Below, piece by piece: positions 13,638 through 16,805 of a stretch of 16,805 nt of DNA. This DNA comes from a virus (Duplodnaviria; Heunggongvirae; Uroviricota; Caudoviricetes). The notes below the pieces were generated by a model. The model ran no database searches. It saw nothing but the letters and a program-made list of their open reading frames with translations, and had not been told where the DNA came from. Both the position numbers and the translations under genes were made by a program. Within the stretch, counting starts at the first letter, position 1. Every line of letters starts with the position of its first letter. The stretch covers positions 141,332-158,136 of the IMG/VR virus record IMGVR_UViG_2974602345_000001. One strand, written 5' to 3'.

Positions 13638-13873
13638 GACATTGCCTCTTCAGTAGATTTGATTGGGTTGTAGGTGTCGATCTCAGGACCGACGTAACGA
13701 ACAAAGAAACCGTTCATGGAGGTGGCAGCATACAGCGTACCACTCACCTTTTCAACAGGGACAGTCTTGCTAGCGCTGTCCATGAACAAACCATTGTCAC
13801 ATGCTTCCAAGCGGAAGACGATGTCCTTCAGGTGATTGACTTGGCCGACGGATGGAACGAACTTGAACTTCAT
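13634..13873 (-). CDS. Hypothetical phage protein (79 aa)
   Basis: Overlap coupling at both ends. Confidence 0.75.
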   Translation of the reverse strand: MKFKFVPSVGQVNHLKDIVFRLEACDNGLFMDSASKTVPVEKVSGTLYAATSMNGFFVRYVGPEIDTYNPIKSTEEAMS

Positions 13874-14040
13874 ACGCCCAGTTCCTTGGCAGACATGGTC
13901 AGCACGTCACCCAGGCTACGAGAACGCAGCAGGACCTCATCGCCATCTTTGACTTCCCAAAATCCTTCACGCTCGTTCTTTTCAACGGCGAAGCCTGCTT
14001 CGATAAGAGACGCTTGTACAGCAGCGGCATAGGTTTTCAT
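13870..14040 (-). CDS. Hypothetical phage protein (56 aa), first gene after early promoter
   Basis: ATG 14040 has GAAGGT 10 nt upstream. The track GTG 14058 lacks an RBS (alternative start). Confidence 0.7.
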   Translation of the reverse strand: MKTYAAAVQASLIEAGFAVEKNEREGFWEVKDGDEVLLRSRSLGDVLTMSAKELGV

Positions 14041-14082
14041 GATGTGTAGAACCTTCACAATGGTGTGTAACGCTGAAGTGGC

Positions 14083-14111
14083 ATACTACGACTTCAGCGT
14101 ATCACTGTCAA
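14083..14111 (-). promoter_or_regulatory. Near-consensus sigma70 early promoter (TTGACA-17-TAGTAT)
   Basis: Perfect -35 at 14111-14106, 17-nt spacer, -10 TAGTAT at 14088-14083, in an intergenic gap. Confidence 0.9.
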
Positions 14112-14119
14112 GCACTTAT

Positions 14120-14671
14120 CTACTTGATGCGGCGTTTGCAGGCTGTACATGCCGGGAAGTGGCCACCTTGGGTGATGCAGCGATCAGTACCAGGTGGACA
14201 TTCACAGTACTTGGGCGCCAGGAATGCAGTGATTCGATCACCCAAGTCAATGAGCTCAGCGTGAAGGGTGGAGCTTTCACACCGCCCAGCATCAGAATGC
14301 ACACTGCCCAGGGCTTCTTCTAGCAATGCACGCAGCTTGTTGTTCTCGTTGATGAGATCAACGTTGCGGCGCATGTACTCCATATGCTTATCGAAGCTTC
14401 CGATAGGATCTCCTTGCTGGCAAGGAGCCCTGAACAACGGAATTTGCGCAGGTGCGATCTGATTCAGTGTGGCGTCGATAGCCATTGGCGCCACACCTTG
14501 ACGGCGTACCAAGTAAGCTGGGTGGACCCACAGAGCAGGTTCACTACCAGACAAATATTGGTTGAGTGCATCAACACACTCGTTCCATCCTGTGACTATC
14601 AGTACTCCATCGTCGGCCAGGTTCTGAGTTGATTTCTTTTGCGGAAATTGGGTAGTGTTCATGGGCTTCAT
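14120..14671 (-). CDS. Hypothetical phage protein with coiled-coil and Cys-rich C-terminus (183 aa)
   Basis: ATGA coupling. GWNECVD motif, LINENNKLRALLEEAL heptads, C-terminal CEC...C...CTAC. Confidence 0.75.
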   Translation of the reverse strand: MKPMNTTQFPQKKSTQNLADDGVLIVTGWNECVDALNQYLSGSEPALWVHPAYLVRRQGVAPMAIDATLNQIAPAQIPLFRAPCQQGDPIGSFDKHMEYMRRNVDLINENNKLRALLEEALGSVHSDAGRCESSTLHAELIDLGDRITAFLAPKYCECPPGTDRCITQGGHFPACTACKRRIK

Positions 14672-15186
14672 GCCGGCATTACCATCCAGTGGGTGACTTT
14701 ACCCGCCATTGCTTCACCGCGGCTGTTCCACCAGATGAGACGTTCTTCATCGCTGAACAGCCGGTCTTGCAATGCAGCTACGACGATAGGCTTGGTCTGC
14801 CCTGGAGGAATGTACTTCACCAGCACTTCCACTTCGCGTTCAGGCATGCGTTCAGTGCAGTCGATCCACTCGAACTGACTACGAAGCTGAGCAACCGCCT
14901 TCTTGTAGTCCTCAAGCGACACGAACTCGCTTGGGTCCTGCGTGTACGGGCGGATGGTTTTTGGATTGTCAATGTCAATCCGTTCTTCAAGATCCTTGAG
15001 TGGGTGCGTGAAGAACGGATAGTCGCCGTCAGGCTTCAGCGAAACACTGATGTGAGGAATGCCCGTCATGGCAGTGTCGTCAGCGGCACAGCCATAGTCG
15101 GCCTTGGCAGCCTTGTAGACAATGGTGCCTTTGACGGCATCAGGGTTGATCTGACTATCAGTCAGCATTACGAAAGAACGGATCAT
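14668..15186 (-). CDS. Two-domain protein with C-terminal DUF551-like domain (172 aa)
   Basis: EWIDCTERMPE..VEVLV ... VTHWMVMPA is the DUF551 signature. The N-terminal YKAAKADYGCAADDT..TGIPHISVSL..DGDYPFFT domain has unknown function. Confidence 0.85.
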   Translation of the reverse strand: MIRSFVMLTDSQINPDAVKGTIVYKAAKADYGCAADDTAMTGIPHISVSLKPDGDYPFFTHPLKDLEERIDIDNPKTIRPYTQDPSEFVSLEDYKKAVAQLRSQFEWIDCTERMPEREVEVLVKYIPPGQTKPIVVAALQDRLFSDEERLIWWNSRGEAMAGKVTHWMVMPA

Positions 15187-15374
15187 CGTGATTTACTCCA
15201 GAATTCAGGGTCAGTGCGCTTGGCGATACCTTCCTTCAGCGCAATATAGGTGATGTTGCGGAAGCCTGCGAACATTTCTTCGCAGTCCTTGATGGCTTCA
15301 TCACGTGAGTTCGCAGACACTGTACCTGCCGTCTGTGAGCCGTTTACCGTGCGTTGGACGAGCGTGAAGATCAT
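15183..15374 (-). CDS. Hypothetical phage protein (63 aa)
   Basis: ATGA coupling at both ends. Confidence 0.7.
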   Translation of the reverse strand: MIFTLVQRTVNGSQTAGTVSANSRDEAIKDCEEMFAGFRNITYIALKEGIAKRTDPEFWSKSR

Positions 15375-15580
15375 GCTTTCACCTTCACGCAGGAGTAGAC
15401 TTTGTCAGTCTCAGCGTAATTACGATCAGCAGGGATGCGCGCGTTCTTACCAGCATCCATGCAGTCCTCGTAGGTAGCAAAGCCCGTGACCTGGGTCGTC
15501 GAAATGGCATTGCCACCTTGTGATGTTGCACCAAAGATGGCAGTGGTCAGGATCAGCGTAAACGAAAATGCGTCCATCAC
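15371..15580 (-). CDS. Small putative exported/membrane protein (68-69 aa)
   Basis: N-terminal hydrophobic stretch AFSFTLILTTAIFGA and two Cys (FATYEDC...SCV). Start GTG 15580 or ATG 15577. Confidence 0.7.
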   Translation of the reverse strand: MMDAFSFTLILTTAIFGATSQGGNAISTTQVTGFATYEDCMDAGKNARIPADRNYAETDKVYSCVKVKA

Positions 15581-15807
15581 TGCACCTTCAGCTCTACGAC
15601 ATCATTGGCGATGGCGAGAATTTTCTTCACCGTCGCGTTCAGATGTTTGTTGACGGCGCTGTTGTACTCGTGATACGTGCACGACTTGCCCTTAGGACTG
15701 ATGTAGGTAGGGTACAACAGGTCCCGACGCTGACTCCAGCTGTTCTTGTAGCGTTCGTGTGAATGAATCGCTGCTTTGATACGGTCTTCCTTACTGCGCT
15801 TTGCCAT
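15577..15807 (-). CDS. Basic hypothetical phage protein (76 aa)
   Basis: TGATG coupling with the upstream gene. Confidence 0.7.
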   Translation of the reverse strand: MAKRSKEDRIKAAIHSHERYKNSWSQRRDLLYPTYISPKGKSCTYHEYNSAVNKHLNATVKKILAIANDVVELKVQ

Positions 15808-16055
15808 CAGTGGATCTCCCTGCTGAGTTTGATGCGCTGAGACTTGCTCATCTTGAGCAGTTCATCAGCGAGTTCGTAGGCTTCCTGATCGCCATGCTGC
15901 GCTGCACGATTTTGGCAGTGGATGACATGGCCGTCATGGATGTTCTGGTCTTCCAGCACAATGTGCAACCAACCCCAGGACGGGTTAGCTGCATAGTATG
16001 CACGGAAGCGATCCTTGACCGCTTCGCTGACAGGTTTGTTGATTGGAGCGGTCAC
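15807..16055 (-). CDS. Hypothetical phage protein (82 aa; LHIVLED.N motif)
   Basis: GTGA coupling with the upstream missed ORF. WG.LHIVLEDQN..D.H...C helical motif. Confidence 0.75.
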   Translation of the reverse strand: MTAPINKPVSEAVKDRFRAYYAANPSWGWLHIVLEDQNIHDGHVIHCQNRAAQHGDQEAYELADELLKMSKSQRIKLSREIH

Positions 16056-16204
16056 TCGATCACCCCCAGCTGTTTGGCGCGTGCAGTCAGACGCGGAAGG
16101 CGCTTACGGATGCGCCAGTTAGCAGTGACGCAGTACAGGGCCCAATGACGCACAGAGCCGAACTGTTCGATGTACCAGGCGCGACGTTCTTCAACAGTGT
16201 TCAT
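16052..16204 (-). CDS. Basic 50-aa protein (not in ORF track)
   Basis: Manual translation MNTVEERRAWYIEQFGSVRHWALYCVTANWRIRKRLPRLTARAKQLGVIE. ATGA overlap upstream and GTGA overlap downstream, so it tiles the gap exactly. Confidence 0.75.
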   Translation of the reverse strand: MNTVEERRAWYIEQFGSVRHWALYCVTANWRIRKRLPRLTARAKQLGVIE

Positions 16205-16805
16205 TCCTCTTCACCTTGTTTGATAATCGATGCCTTGGACGGGCGGCTACCGAACGCGAAGAACTTGTCTTCGTCCGATGGCTTGATAGTTGCAGTGAAC
16301 TCAAGCTCCCAGCCCTTTTCAATAGTACCCAACGACGACGGCACAGTCAACCACACACGCCAGCCATCAACGGATTCGACGAGCATCTTGTACTCGTATC
16401 CGTATTGGCTTTCCTGGCACCTGGTGCTGATGACTTTACCCTTGACGACCATGCGGCCTTCGGGTGCGGGTTTGCAGTTGGCCTCCTGCTCCGCCTTGCG
16501 TTGTGCATCACGCTCGGCTTTGTTGGCGAGTTCCTCAGGAGCCTTCTTCACAGCATCCAAGCACTTGGCGAGGTATGCCCACTGTTTTTCAGACAGGTTG
16601 CCGTACTTGACAAGGTTGCGGATAATGCTGACGCCTGCCCAGTACTTGTCATCGAAGCCAAACACGACGCCATTGCCGTACAGGTCATCGAGCTCGCTGG
16701 CAATGCTGCCAAAGTGCCCGGGCAGGAACATCGACATAGCAACCTCAAGATCCAGCCCCATTTCCTCGATGAGACCTTCAGCCTTCAGCTTGCCCGCCTT
16801 GGCCT
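16201..16805 (-). CDS. Phage protein with C-terminal OB-fold-like domain (5' end beyond window)
   Basis: Frame stays open from 16761 to the window end (AKAGKLKAEGLIEE precedes the track Met). C-terminal GRMVVKGKVISTR..ESQYG..KMLV...GWRVW.TVP...KG.E.EFTATI...FAFGSRP has an OB-fold beta pattern. Confidence 0.8.
   Translation of the reverse strand, partial: AKAGKLKAEGLIEEMGLDLEVAMSMFLPGHFGSIASELDDLYGNGVVFGFDDKYWAGVSIIRNLVKYGNLSEKQWAYLAKCLDAVKKAPEELANKAERDAQRKAEQEANCKPAPEGRMVVKGKVISTRCQESQYGYEYKMLVESVDGWRVWLTVPSSLGTIEKGWELEFTATIKPSDEDKFFAFGSRPSKASIIKQGEEE

Noticed and set aside
14108-14116. TGCTTGA resembling a T4 MotA box
   Set aside because: About 21 bp from the -10, too far for a MotA box, and fully explained by the TTGACA -35.
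9397-16148. Short + strand ORFs across the early arm (e.g. 9790-10173, 14689-15249, 15801-16148)
   Set aside because: The minus strand is already tiled by coupled genes with promoters and RBSs; these are shadows.

Overview
Fragment of a T4-superfamily (myovirus-type) dsDNA phage genome; the host is probably a proteobacterium, possibly Pseudomonas (inferred, unverified). Left half (1-9351, + strand, late/structural): the 3' part of a gp7-like baseplate wedge gene, then four tandem tailspike/receptor-binding protein (RBP) genes (TSP1-TSP4, 591-660 aa). Each is preceded by a T4-type late-promoter motif ((C)TAAATA / CATAAATA) 33-37 nt upstream of its ATG. TSP2-4 are each preceded by a repeated intergenic cassette (intrinsic terminator + TTTCTTTGACTATCATAAATAGA + leader/RBS), and a truncated fourth copy follows TSP4. 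The four proteins are mosaics of shared modules: a 28-aa N-terminal peptide in TSP2/3/4, 30-aa and 23-aa neck units, a head domain shared by TSP1/3, a C-terminal GSPGTW module shared by TSP2/4, and a Peptidase_S74 chaperone in TSP3. None shows a long N-terminal branching hub. Right half (9364-16805, - strand, early/middle): about 23 small, mostly translationally coupled genes, two absent from the ORF track. This arm has two sigma70-type promoters, each overlaid by inverted repeats, a cUUCGg terminator and a bidirectional terminator at the late/early boundary. No tRNA, rRNA, CRISPR array or mobile element was seen. The strongest lead is the cassette-structured, potentially recombinable multi-tailspike locus with an apparently unusual docking scheme. 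No database searches were run; family calls come from motif recognition.
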